The notes under the pieces were generated by a model, which was given only the letters and a program-made list of their open reading frames with translations, did no database searches and was not told the DNA's origin. DNA of 64,000 bases from Acidobacteriota bacterium (lineage in GTDB: Bacteria; Acidobacteriota; Vicinamibacteria; Vicinamibacterales; SCN-69-37), in NCBI GenBank assembly GCA_005799825.1, contig SYFT01000004.1, positions 14,866 through 78,865 of the forward strand, read 5' to 3'. The stretch's first letter is position 1. The number at the start of each line of letters is the position of its first letter. The position numbers and the translations under genes are program-made. Of the stretch, positions 29,437 through 38,831 are shown one piece after another.

Positions 29437-32123
29437 GGAAAGTCGTAGGCCGCGCGGACGGGCTTGAGCGGGCGATCGAACCACAGCGGACGCCGCGTGC
29501 CGTCCGGGCCAGGCGCCGGCCGCGTCTTTGCCATCCACTCCAAGTACAGTGCATGCGACTTCGCGGTATCAACCATCACGTCGCCGTACGAATCATCCGG
29601 CGCCGCCTTTTCGAGCCGCACGCGCTGATGCCAGCAATGCATCCCACTGACGGGATCCGGCTGGACAGGGAACGTCAGGTTCTGGTGCACGCCAATTTCA
29701 GTCCACCACACCCGTGCGCTGTCCGCGTCGTCGCTCTTGAACGGCTGTGTGCCGTGCACCTGGCGCATTTCATACTTGCCGTCGTCGCTGCGCGCAATTC
29801 GCACCAGCGCTGAGGCGTTGCGCGCGCCCCCCTGGTCTTCGTCAAGGCGCCATCGACCGAGATGATGCGACATGGCGACGACCCCGGGACGAATGCCCTC
29901 GGTGACCCATGCCCGCGTGATGAAGAAACCGATACCGGTATGGACCTTCACCAGATCGCCAATCGCGATACCCAATTTCGCCGCGTCGCCGGAGGCGATC
30001 CACAGTGGGTTGCTGTGAGCGATCTCATACAGCCACTTTACGGGCGCCCGCGTGTGAATCAACGTCGGCAACCGGAAGTTCGGCAGCAGATCGAACTCGT
30101 TCTCCGCCGGGTTGAGGTCGCGCCAGTACACGTGCCCAGTGACGTACCGCGGAATCGCGTGCTCAGGCCAGCCCCATTCGGCCAGCGTCGGCGAAAAGAA
30201 CTCGAGTTTACGTGACGGCGTATTAAACCCCGTCATCCTTTTGCCATCGATCTCCACGCCACCGGTCTCCACCGGCTGCTCATGCACCTTGCTGTACGCC
30301 ACGTCGTCTACCTTGAAGACGCCGTACTTGCGCATGTACTGGAGCGGAGTCAGTTCTTCCTTCTTCGCCGCTTCGGGAAGGCCTGGCACGGAGTTCTCGA
30401 ACATCCAGCCGTAGTACTCATCGACCGTGATCTGTTTTCCAGCGCGATACGGCGACTCAAAGAACTTGCGAATGCCGAGTGAGCCGTCTGGATCGATCTT
30501 CCACGAGAGCGCGATCCAGAACTCTGACTCTTCCCACACTTGACCGGGGTTGGCCTCATGCGTGGCGCCAACCGGCGTGCCCCGCTTTTCGAGTGCCACT
30601 CGCCGCACGGGTTGCCGGAAGCCGAGCCAGCGTCCGGCATGAGTCTCCTGGCTCATCGTGTCGTGCCGCTCGGTGCCAAGGCCCATTGGCAGCACGTAGT
30701 CGGCGAACCACGCCGTCTCGCTCCACATCGGCGTGAGCGCCACATGGAGGCCGACCTTCGATTCGTCCTCAAGCATCTCCATCCATGAAAAGCCGTCGGG
30801 GTTCGTCCACAGCGGGTTGTAGACGCGCGTGAAGTACACGTCGAGCTTGCCGCGGCCTTCTTTGAGGAAGTGCGGCAGCAGGAAACTCATCTCGAAGAAT
30901 GCGAGTGGGAACTCCTTCGGGAACAGCAGCTCGTTCCAGTAATCGGGCGCCGGCGGCGGATTTGGGTGCTTGGGCACGAACTTGTTCGTGACGTGCAGGT
31001 TCACGCCGCCCTTTTCCCCCACCGCACCCATGAGGACCACGAGGAAGTAGAGCGCACGGGTAATCTGCCATCCCCACAAGTGCCCAGCAGCCGCAGCGCG
31101 CCAACTGTGGGTCGAGAACGCGGTGCCGGCGTCAGCGATCGCTTCAGCCGCTTCAAGGATCTTGTGCGCGGGTACACCCGACTCACTCTCCGCATACTCC
31201 GGCGTGAACTGCGCATATTCTTCTTTCAGCGCGATCTCGAACGCATCAAACGTCACCGGAAGGTCTGGCCGGCTCGTCGTCAGATACGTGTCCCAGTTCA
31301 CCCAGCGCTTGACGAAGTCGCGGTTGTACTTCCCCGAGTCAATCAAGTACTTCCCGATGGCCAGCAGGATTGCGCCCTCTGTGCCCGGCTTGGTCGGCAT
31401 CCACACATCGGCTTTTGCCGACGTGTTCGACATGCGTGGATCCATGACGATGAGCTTGGCGCCTTTGGTTTTGCCTTCGATGATGCGCTGCGCGTGCGGG
31501 TTGAAGTAGTGCCCCGACTCGAGATGTGACGACAGCAGCAAAATGGTCTTTGCGTTCGCGTAGTCGGGAGACGGACGATCCGCGCCCGTCCACAGGAAGT
31601 GCGCTAGGCGCGCCGATGACGAGCACACGTTGGTGTGGCTGTTGTGGCCGTCGAGGCCCCACGCCTGCAGCACGCGGTTCACGTAGCCGTCTTCGCCGGG
31701 ACGGCCGACGTGATACATCACCTCGCGGCGGCGATCTTCGAGAATCGCCTTCCGGATGCGGCCGCCAATGTCTTCGAGCACTTCATCCCAGCTCACGCGC
31801 GCCCACTCGCCACTGCCGCGCTTTCCGACGCGCCTTAGGGGATACAGGATGCGGTCTGGGTCCTCGAGCTGATTCGGTGTGACCACGCCTTTAGCGCACG
31901 TGCGCCCGCGACTGCCCGGGTGCAGGGGGTTGCCTTCGATCTTTCGAACGTCCAGCGTGTCTTTGTCGACATAGGCGATGACGCCACAGCCCGACTCGCA
32001 GTTGAAACAGATGCTGGGGATGATCCAGTACTTGCGCCGATCCTTCTTCGGCCAGCTCGTCGATTCAAAATCGACATAGTTGTCCCAATCGGATACGGGC
32101 GGGTGCTTCCTGAACTCAGTCAT
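29433..32123 (-). CDS. Molybdopterin oxidoreductase catalytic subunit (DMSO reductase superfamily), no Tat leader
   Basis: CFNCESGC...CAKG Fe-S motif, RILYPLRR, SHTNVCSS, ADYVLP, C-terminal molybdopterin-dinucleotide domain. Confidence 0.9.
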   Translation of the reverse strand: MTEFRKHPPVSDWDNYVDFESTSWPKKDRRKYWIIPSICFNCESGCGVIAYVDKDTLDVRKIEGNPLHPGSRGRTCAKGVVTPNQLEDPDRILYPLRRVGKRGSGEWARVSWDEVLEDIGGRIRKAILEDRRREVMYHVGRPGEDGYVNRVLQAWGLDGHNSHTNVCSSSARLAHFLWTGADRPSPDYANAKTILLLSSHLESGHYFNPHAQRIIEGKTKGAKLIVMDPRMSNTSAKADVWMPTKPGTEGAILLAIGKYLIDSGKYNRDFVKRWVNWDTYLTTSRPDLPVTFDAFEIALKEEYAQFTPEYAESESGVPAHKILEAAEAIADAGTAFSTHSWRAAAAGHLWGWQITRALYFLVVLMGAVGEKGGVNLHVTNKFVPKHPNPPPAPDYWNELLFPKEFPLAFFEMSFLLPHFLKEGRGKLDVYFTRVYNPLWTNPDGFSWMEMLEDESKVGLHVALTPMWSETAWFADYVLPMGLGTERHDTMSQETHAGRWLGFRQPVRRVALEKRGTPVGATHEANPGQVWEESEFWIALSWKIDPDGSLGIRKFFESPYRAGKQITVDEYYGWMFENSVPGLPEAAKKEELTPLQYMRKYGVFKVDDVAYSKVHEQPVETGGVEIDGKRMTGFNTPSRKLEFFSPTLAEWGWPEHAIPRYVTGHVYWRDLNPAENEFDLLPNFRLPTLIHTRAPVKWLYEIAHSNPLWIASGDAAKLGIAIGDLVKVHTGIGFFITRAWVTEGIRPGVVAMSHHLGRWRLDEDQGGARNASALVRIARSDDGKYEMRQVHGTQPFKSDDADSARVWWTEIGVHQNLTFPVQPDPVSGMHCWHQRVRLEKAAPDDSYGDVMVDTAKSHALYLEWMAKTRPAPGPDGTRRPLWFDRPLKPVRAAYDFP

Positions 32124-32157
32124 TACCCCATTGCCTCATTGGCCTATTGGCCCATTA
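32121..32157 (-). repeat. Octamer tandem repeat (same family as 28251-28311) filling the intergenic spacer
   Basis: Minus strand taatgggcc aataggcc aatgaggc aatggggt aatg, running from the upstream stop to the downstream ATG. Confidence 0.8.
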
Positions 32158-33678
32158 CGAAATGGGGACACATTGTCCCGCCTCCACCCAGATGTATTCC
32201 CACGCCAGGCTGCCGGCCAGCGTGACGACCGCCATCGGAATGAGTATCGTCATTGAAAAGCCCGTGGTGGCGGCCACCGCAAACAGGGCGAGAGGGGCGA
32301 GGCCACCAAGGCCCAGTGCGCCCACCCAGAACAATCGCGCGTACGCACCATGTCGAATCGCGCGGACGGCCAATTCGTGATGCAGCGTTGGGCTGGGCGC
32401 CAGCAGATTCTCGGAGATCAGAATCAGCAGATGAAGCGAGGTCGCCCCCGCCAGCGTCCAGCCCAGTGTGCGCAACACCCAGGGATCAACGTTGGTGAAG
32501 AGGGCGGCGATGAGCAGGGCGGCGGCGCCTTCCATCGCTGCCTGCGCGATGAGGTCAATGGTCGCGTGCGGGCCCTGCCACAGATCGCGAGCCAGGCCTT
32601 GCGCGAACAGTAGGCCTGTGTAGCCCGTGGCCGCGAGCGCAATCGGCAGTGTTAGTACCGCTAGCCCCGTGATCAGCGTCGGTGCGTCAAGCAGCCAGGC
32701 CAGCACCCAAAGGCCACCGACGGCGCCATGAGCTGTAAGGATGAATGCACCGCGCGCCATCCAGGAGTTCCAGTTGGGCCGGATGAGGATGTAGTAGAAC
32801 CGCTCCGGACGTTCCAGGTCCATGACGAGCACCGCTGCGGTCAGCGTAGAAAAGATTGATGCCACCAGCGGTGCGGCAAGGCCTGACAGCGCGCTGCGGT
32901 CACCCATCAGCCAGAGAATCGCGCCCAGGAACAACGCTCCGGTCGAGATGCCTTTGGTGAGCAGGTACAGCACGAGGTCTATCCCCCAGGCCTTCTTGTG
33001 CGGCACGTCGTAATCCACGCGCGGGTCGCCAGGGGACTGGGGATCCGGTTCCTTCGAACCCAGCGGCCGCAGGTGCACCCCGCCCTCCTTAAACATGAAA
33101 GGACGCGACGCAATCTCTGGCTGAATAATACTGTCGTCGGCCGACAGGTAGAAGACCTTCGGGCCCGTGCCCTTCTCAGGTTTGCGGACGGTAAACGCCT
33201 CGCGCTGCACAATCTGTGCAACTTCCGTCGTCGGGTCGTCCATGTCACCGAAGATCCGGCATTCCGTGGGGCACACGCTCACGCAGGCGGGCTCCAGGTG
33301 ATTCTCCACACGGTTCGCACAAAAATTGCACTTCTCGGCGGTCCGCGTATTCGGATCGATGAAGAGCTGGTCGTAGGGACACGCGGCCATGCACGCCTTG
33401 CATCCGATGCACGAGTCGCCATGCAGATCGACGATGCCGTCGTGGCGACGGAAGAGGGCGCTGGTCGGGCAGATCTTCATGCACGGCGCATCTGCGCACT
33501 GGTTGCATAACACCGGCAGGAACAGCCGCTGCGCGTCGGGGAAGCGGCCCTTTTCGACCGTCTTGACCCAGCAGCGGTTCACGCCCACCGGGATGTCGTG
33601 CTCGGCCTTGCAGGCGATCGTGCAGGCGTGACAGCCGATGCACTTCTTCAAATCGATAACGAAGCCGTAATTAGGCAC
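32155..33678 (-). CDS. 4x[4Fe-4S] ferredoxin (NrfC/DmsB-like) fused to NrfD/PsrC membrane anchor
   Basis: CIGCHAC, CNQC..PC, CIGCKAC, KCNFC motifs; DLERPERF and SWMARG NrfD motifs with many TM segments. Confidence 0.9.
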   Translation of the reverse strand: MPNYGFVIDLKKCIGCHACTIACKAEHDIPVGVNRCWVKTVEKGRFPDAQRLFLPVLCNQCADAPCMKICPTSALFRRHDGIVDLHGDSCIGCKACMAACPYDQLFIDPNTRTAEKCNFCANRVENHLEPACVSVCPTECRIFGDMDDPTTEVAQIVQREAFTVRKPEKGTGPKVFYLSADDSIIQPEIASRPFMFKEGGVHLRPLGSKEPDPQSPGDPRVDYDVPHKKAWGIDLVLYLLTKGISTGALFLGAILWLMGDRSALSGLAAPLVASIFSTLTAAVLVMDLERPERFYYILIRPNWNSWMARGAFILTAHGAVGGLWVLAWLLDAPTLITGLAVLTLPIALAATGYTGLLFAQGLARDLWQGPHATIDLIAQAAMEGAAALLIAALFTNVDPWVLRTLGWTLAGATSLHLLILISENLLAPSPTLHHELAVRAIRHGAYARLFWVGALGLGGLAPLALFAVAATTGFSMTILIPMAVVTLAGSLAWEYIWVEAGQCVPIS

Positions 33679-33687
33679 GCCCAGCGA

Positions 33688-34347
33688 CTATAACCTGCCT
33701 CCGCCGCGGCGCGGCAGGGTCTCGAGGATGTGTGGCTGTTTCAGGTAGTCAGACGAGACCAGCCACATGCTCGAACTTTCCCAGGGGTTGTCCAGGTAGG
33801 GACGGTCGGCCCGAAGCCGCGCGAACGACGCAGCGTCTGTCGGAAAGACCGGCACACTAAAGCGCGTCTTCAGGTCGTCTGCCCACTGCGCCATCAACGG
33901 AGGCGGCACCAGCACCAGCACTCGCGCGTCAGCCTCGCGCCGCAGCGTTTCGGCCACGATGAGCGCGGCCTGCACGGTGTTTCCCAGGCCTACGCCATCC
34001 GCGATGAGCACTCGCCGTGCGCCCGCGAGCACAGCCAGCGCGGGCTCAAGTTGATACGCGAAGACCGTCGTGTGCGCGTTCACCATGGATGTGGGCGTGG
34101 ACGCGGCACACGCGCGGGCCGAACACGCCGCAAGCCAGGCGAGCGCACGTTGGCGTGAGACGCCGCGAGTGCGCCCCGGCTGGTCGGTGATCCACGGCTC
34201 GACGGGCAGCAGGAAGGTCCGCTGGCGCGTGGCGCGCCCATCGTCCACCACCACGCGCGTCAGGCCGGCGCCCGAGTGGGTGGCCTGCACACGCCAGCGC
34301 CGTTGCCGGATCCAGATCAGGTCGCCTTGTACAGGCAGGTCTCGCAC
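33688..34347 (-). pseudogene. N-terminal remnant of a SNF2/RapA-like helicase
   Basis: YQLEP, LIADGVGLGNT (Walker A Lys replaced by Asn), VLVLVP..LMAQW; ORF ends before the DEAH motif. Confidence 0.75.
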
Positions 34348-34438
34348 CTGCTGTCACTCCCCGAGGCGCTCGACATTGCAGAATCTGCCACTTTGGTCCG
34401 TTGGCACGGGTTAGGTGGCGCCTGCACGCCTCTACTGA

Positions 34439-34454
34439 AGCAAGGCCAGGGCCA
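34439..34454 (-). promoter_or_regulatory. Possible sigma54 promoter upstream of the helicase remnant
   Basis: Minus strand TGGCCCT-GGCC-TTGCT has exact -24 GG / -12 GC spacing. Confidence 0.35.
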
Positions 34455-34457
34455 GGT

Positions 34458-34802
34458 TCAGCGCGAGGGGTGCGTGGCCACCACAGTGGTGATGATGCCG
34501 CCGCGCGCGGTGAACGCGCCGGTCACGGTCATACGCCTGGGCTGGCACGCCTGCACGAGGTCATCCAGGATCTTGTTCGTGGCCGCCTCGTAAAAGATGC
34601 CCTGATTGCGATAGTCGAGCAGGTAGTACTTCAGGGCCTTCAGTTCCAGGCAGGCCTGGTCGGGAATGTACTGGATGCGGATCTCGCCAAAATCGGGCAG
34701 GCCCGTCTTTGGGCACATGGAGGTGAACTCCGGGCACCGGATGTCGATGTCGTAGTCGCGGTCAGGGCGGGGGTTCGGGAATGTGTCGAGCGGAGCGGCC
34801 AT
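34458..34802 (-). CDS. queF: NADPH-dependent 7-cyano-7-deazaguanine (preQ0) reductase
   Basis: [27 protein letters not shown] motifs; ATG 34802. Confidence 0.95.
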   Translation of the reverse strand: MAAPLDTFPNPRPDRDYDIDIRCPEFTSMCPKTGLPDFGEIRIQYIPDQACLELKALKYYLLDYRNQGIFYEAATNKILDDLVQACQPRRMTVTGAFTARGGIITTVVATHPSR

Positions 34803-34930
34803 GCTGATATTGTAAACGGCAGGACGTGGGACTGAAGTTTGACAGTAACCGGGGGGGCGAGGATACGATACCGGGCGCCACACGTGAGTACGCGACCAAA
34901 TTGACGGCCGATTCAGGAATGGAGACACCG

Positions 34931-35230
34931 ATGGCAGACGCCAGGCGCATGGGGAAGATGGAGTTGTTCGCTCACTTCGCTGACAAGTTCGACTTGAAGC
35001 GCACTGTGGTGCGAGACCTTTTTGACGAGTTGCTGGTGTTGTCTGAGAAGGAACTCAAGCGGACAGGCGAGTTTTCCGTTCCCGGCATGTGCAAGCTGGT
35101 TGTGCAGCATCGCCTGGCGCGGGACGGGCGCAACCCGGCCACCGGTGAGACGATCAAGATTGCAGCCAAGACCGTGGTCAAGGCCCGAATCGCCAAGCAG
35201 CTGAAGGACGCCGTCCTTCCGCGCAAGTAG
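34931..35230 (+). CDS. hup: HU family DNA-binding protein
   Basis: [15 protein letters not shown] arm motif; GGAGA RBS before ATG 34931. Confidence 0.9.
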   Translation: MADARRMGKMELFAHFADKFDLKRTVVRDLFDELLVLSEKELKRTGEFSVPGMCKLVVQHRLARDGRNPATGETIKIAAKTVVKARIAKQLKDAVLPRK

Positions 35231-35275
35231 GCTTCGCACACGCTCGCGCGGCCGCCGCTTCCGACCGAAAAGTTT

Positions 35276-35321
35276 GATACCCGTGGTCTGGCGTCACGCT
35301 GGTCCACGGGTGTCTTTTTTT
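35276..35321 (+). terminator. Rho-independent terminator after the HU gene
   Basis: GATACCCGTGG...CCACGGGTGTC hairpin followed by T7; shares CGGGTGTCTTTT with the 27271 palindrome family. Confidence 0.75.
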
Positions 35322-35327
35322 GTTAAC

Positions 35328-36758
35328 GTGACAGCTGTGGTACACGAATACGACGTAGTGGTCATTGGCGCGGGCACGGGCGGTTATGTCGCCGCCATTC
35401 GCGCATCGCAACTGGGCCTCAAGACCGCCGTAGTCGAGCGTCAGCCCACCCTGGGCGGCACCTGCCTCAACTGGGGCTGCATTCCAACCAAGGCCCTACT
35501 CGAAAACGCCCACGCCCTGAAGATTGCGCAGGACGCGAAGGAGTGGGGCATCGTACTGGGCGACATCAAACCGTCCATCGATATGGCCCGCGTGAACGCG
35601 CGCCGCGTCAAGGTGGTGACGGGGCTCACCAAAGGCATTGAGTTTCTCTTCAAGAAAAACAAGATCGATTGGGTCAAAGGCAGCGCGCGGCTTGGCGGCG
35701 GTGGCCAGGTTCACGTCACCTCGCCCGAAGCCGCCCCGCAAACCCTGCAAGCCAAAGAGATCATCGTCGCCACCGGCTCTTACGCGCGCAGCGTTCCGGG
35801 GATCGAGATTGATCACAACCACATCATCACGAGCGATCACGCAATTGCGCTGAACGAAGTGCCGGCCTCGTTGGCTATCATGGGGAGCGGCGCGGTGGGC
35901 GTGGAGTTTGCGTCGATTTATCGGCGATTCGGCAGCGCGGTCACGGTGATCGAGCTGCTGCCGCGTCTCGTGCCCAACGAAGACGAAGCCGTGTCGGCGG
36001 AGCTCGAGAAGGCATTCAGGAAACGCGGCATCGCCGCAAAGACGGCCACCAAAGTCACCGCTGCGGTCGTCAAGGACGGCGGCGTGACCATCGATATGCA
36101 GGGCGCCGATGGCAAGACCGAGTCGATTAGGGTGTCGAAGCTCCTGGTGGCTACGGGCCGGGGCCCGGTCACCGATGGCCTGGGCGCCGAGGAACTGGGC
36201 CTCGAAATGGAACGCGGCTACATCAAGGTCGACTCACTGTTCCGTACAAACGTGCCGGGCATTTCAGGGGTGGGTGATGTCATTACGATGGGCAATGGCG
36301 CCCATCCCCAGTTGGCGCACCTGTCGTCGGCTGAAGGCATCTTGCTGGCCGAGCGCCTGGCGGGCATGGATGTGAAGCCCCTCAATTACGATCAGGTGCC
36401 CGGCTGTACTTACTGTGATCCCGAGATCGGCAGCATCGGCCTCACTGAGCAGGAAGCAATCGCTCGCGGGTTCGATGTGCGCGTCGGCGTTTTTCCCTTC
36501 GGTGTGCTTGGGCGCGCGAAGATTGCGAATGAGACGGAAGGCTTCGTGAAGATCGTGGCTGAGAAGAAGTACGACGAGATCCTTGGTGTGCATATGATCG
36601 GCCCGAGGGCCACCGAACTGGTGGCTGAAGCAGGTGTTGCGCTGCGGCTTGAGTGCACGGTAGAAGAACTCATCCGCACCATTCATGCGCATCCCACCAT
36701 GTCCGAGGCGGTAGGCGAAGCCGCACATGCGGTGCACGGCGCCGCAATACACTCGTAG
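35328..36758 (+). CDS. lpdA: Dihydrolipoyl dehydrogenase (E3)
   Basis: GGTCLNWGCIPTK redox disulfide, GSGAVGVE, HAHPTMSE motifs. Confidence 0.95.
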   Translation: MTAVVHEYDVVVIGAGTGGYVAAIRASQLGLKTAVVERQPTLGGTCLNWGCIPTKALLENAHALKIAQDAKEWGIVLGDIKPSIDMARVNARRVKVVTGLTKGIEFLFKKNKIDWVKGSARLGGGGQVHVTSPEAAPQTLQAKEIIVATGSYARSVPGIEIDHNHIITSDHAIALNEVPASLAIMGSGAVGVEFASIYRRFGSAVTVIELLPRLVPNEDEAVSAELEKAFRKRGIAAKTATKVTAAVVKDGGVTIDMQGADGKTESIRVSKLLVATGRGPVTDGLGAEELGLEMERGYIKVDSLFRTNVPGISGVGDVITMGNGAHPQLAHLSSAEGILLAERLAGMDVKPLNYDQVPGCTYCDPEIGSIGLTEQEAIARGFDVRVGVFPFGVLGRAKIANETEGFVKIVAEKKYDEILGVHMIGPRATELVAEAGVALRLECTVEELIRTIHAHPTMSEAVGEAAHAVHGAAIHS

Positions 36759-36761
36759 TGG

Positions 36762-36795
36762 AACGTAGCTCGGCCTGTTCCTCAAGGCCGAGAAC
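36762..36795 (+). repeat. GTAG-type REP-like hairpin
   Basis: AACGTAG-CTCGGCCT...AGGCCGAG-AAC; 31/34 identical to 38117-38150. Confidence 0.85.
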
Positions 36796-36808
36796 AAGAG
36801 GAAAGAGA

Positions 36809-38083
36809 ATGGCAACTGAAGTAGTAATGCCCCAGATGGGCGAATCAATTGCGGAAGGCACCATCGTCCGCTGGATCAAGAAAGTCGGCGACGCGATTGA
36901 CCGCGATGAGCCGCTGTTTGAGATCTCCACTGACAAGGTGGATGCGGAGATTCCGTCGCCTGGCGCCGGGGTGCTGCTCGAGATCATGGTCAAGGAAGGC
37001 GAGACCGTGCCGGTGAACAGCGTCGTTGCGCGGATCGGCGCGGCTGGCGAGAAGGCCGCGGTGGCGTCTGTGTCGGCGGCCGCGGCCGTTGCCACGAACG
37101 GCGCCAGCGCGCCACCCGTAGTTGTGGCCGCACCACCCGCGGCCGCAGCGCCCGCAGCTGAGGTCGCACACGTCGAGTACGCAAACGAACTCGAAGCGCG
37201 CCTGCGCACGAAGTCGTCGCCTGTTGTCCGGAACATCGCGAAGGAACACGGCATCGACATCCGTCAGCTCAATGGCTCCGGCATTTCCGGTCGTGTGACA
37301 AAGAAGGACATCCTCGACTTCGTCGAGAGTGGCGCGACTACGAAGGCCGCACCCGCGGGTAGAAGCGTGGCGCCTGTGATTGCAAAGATTATCGAAAATG
37401 TGCGCATTGAACCGATGGGCATCATGCGCAAAAAAATCGGCGAGCACATGGTGTCGAGCATTCGCACGTCGCCACATGTGTACTCGGCGTACGAGGTGGA
37501 CTTCGGCCGCATCGACGAGATTCGCCTGAAGAAGAAGGCCGAGTACGAAGCGGCTGGCGCGAAGTTGACCTACACGGCCTTCATCGCCAAGGCCACCGTA
37601 GACACGATCCGGCAGTTTCCGTTCTCAAACGCGTCAATCGATGGCGAGAACATCGTCTACAAGCGCGACATCAACCTCGGCATTGCCGTGGCGCTCGATC
37701 AGGGACTGATCGTGCCCGTCATCAGGAATGCCGACGAACGGAATATGGTCGGTATTTGCCGCGCGATCCAGGACCTGTCGGGCCGCGCGCGGAGCAAGCA
37801 ACTGAAGGCAGACGAAGTGCAGGGCGGCACGTTCACCATCACCAACCCGGGTATTTTCGGCGCAGTGTTCGGCCTGCCGATCATCAGCCAGCCCCAGGTG
37901 GCCATTCTGGGTGTGGGCAGTGTAGACAAGCGCGTGGTGGTGATTGACGACATGATCGCCATTCGCCCGATGTGTTACCTGACGCTGGGCTACGACCACC
38001 GGCTGATTGATGGCGCCGACGCCGGCCGATTCTTGCAGGCCCTTAAAGAGCGGCTGCAGGACTTCGACGAGGGGTGGGTCTAG
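36809..38083 (+). CDS. 2-oxoacid dehydrogenase E2 (dihydrolipoamide acyltransferase)
   Basis: Lipoyl domain STDKVDAE, E3-binding SPVVR...GSGISGRV, catalytic DHRLIDG; ATG 36809. Confidence 0.93.
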   Translation: MATEVVMPQMGESIAEGTIVRWIKKVGDAIDRDEPLFEISTDKVDAEIPSPGAGVLLEIMVKEGETVPVNSVVARIGAAGEKAAVASVSAAAAVATNGASAPPVVVAAPPAAAAPAAEVAHVEYANELEARLRTKSSPVVRNIAKEHGIDIRQLNGSGISGRVTKKDILDFVESGATTKAAPAGRSVAPVIAKIIENVRIEPMGIMRKKIGEHMVSSIRTSPHVYSAYEVDFGRIDEIRLKKKAEYEAAGAKLTYTAFIAKATVDTIRQFPFSNASIDGENIVYKRDINLGIAVALDQGLIVPVIRNADERNMVGICRAIQDLSGRARSKQLKADEVQGGTFTITNPGIFGAVFGLPIISQPQVAILGVGSVDKRVVVIDDMIAIRPMCYLTLGYDHRLIDGADAGRFLQALKERLQDFDEGWV

Positions 38084-38116
38084 GGTCCAGGGTCCAGGGT
38101 TCAGGGGCCAGAGTCC
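38082..38116 (+). repeat. Heptamer tandem repeat AGGGTCC (5 degenerate units)
   Basis: agggtcc agggtcc agggttc aggggcc agagtcc. Confidence 0.8.
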
Positions 38117-38150
38117 AACGTAGCTCGGCCTGGGTCTCAAGGCCGAGAAC
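38117..38150 (+). repeat. GTAG-type REP-like hairpin
   Basis: AACGTAGCTCGGCCTGGGTCTCAAGGCCGAGAAC; direct copy of 36762-36795. Confidence 0.85.
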
Positions 38151-38168
38151 TGTGCCGCGCCAAGTGTC

Positions 38169-38831
38169 ATGACTGAAATCACCGTCCGGCGTCTCGGTCG
38201 CGTCGACTACCAGGCCGGCCTCGATCTGCAGGCGGCACTGGTTGAAGACCGGCGCGCGGGGCGCATCGGCGACACGTTGTTGCTGCTTGAACATCCACCA
38301 GTGATTACCCTCGGCGTCAAAACGCGCCTTGGTTCGAAACACATCATTGCGTCCGATGAGGAACTCACGCGGCAGCGCGTGACTGTTCACGAGACCGGCC
38401 GAGGCGGAGACGTGACGTATCACGGACCTGGGCAACTTGTCGGGTATCCCATCCTTGACCTGAAGCCAGACCGGTGCGACGTGCACAAGTACGTGCGTGA
38501 CTTGGAGGAAGTCTTGATCCTCGCGCTTCGCGGGTTCGGCATCGAAGGCGGCCGTGTGAAGGGGCTGTCCGGTGTTTGGGTTGGCCCTGAGGGACAGGAG
38601 CGGAAGATCGCCGCCATCGGTGTTCGTATCAGCAGGTGGATTACGAGCCATGGCTTTGCGCTCAATGTGGCCACCGACCTTCGTCACTTTCAGCTCATCG
38701 TTCCGTGTGGCATCGCGGACAAGGGTGTGACGTCGGTGGAAGAGGGACTCGGCCGACGGGTCCCGCTGGCGGAGATCGAGGACGCGATCGTGCGCGGGTG
38801 TGAAGTTGTGTTTGCCCCTACTCGCGCGTGA
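38169..38831 (+). CDS. lipB: Lipoyl(octanoyl) transferase
   Basis: LEHPPVITLG, RGGDVTYHGPGQLV, KIAAIG, HGFALN, IVPCG motifs. Confidence 0.95.
   Translation: MTEITVRRLGRVDYQAGLDLQAALVEDRRAGRIGDTLLLLEHPPVITLGVKTRLGSKHIIASDEELTRQRVTVHETGRGGDVTYHGPGQLVGYPILDLKPDRCDVHKYVRDLEEVLILALRGFGIEGGRVKGLSGVWVGPEGQERKIAAIGVRISRWITSHGFALNVATDLRHFQLIVPCGIADKGVTSVEEGLGRRVPLAEIEDAIVRGCEVVFAPTRA

Noticed and set aside
34803-34930. preQ1 riboswitch upstream of queF
   Set aside because: No preQ1 aptamer pattern, and a -10 box lies 6 nt from the ATG, leaving no leader.
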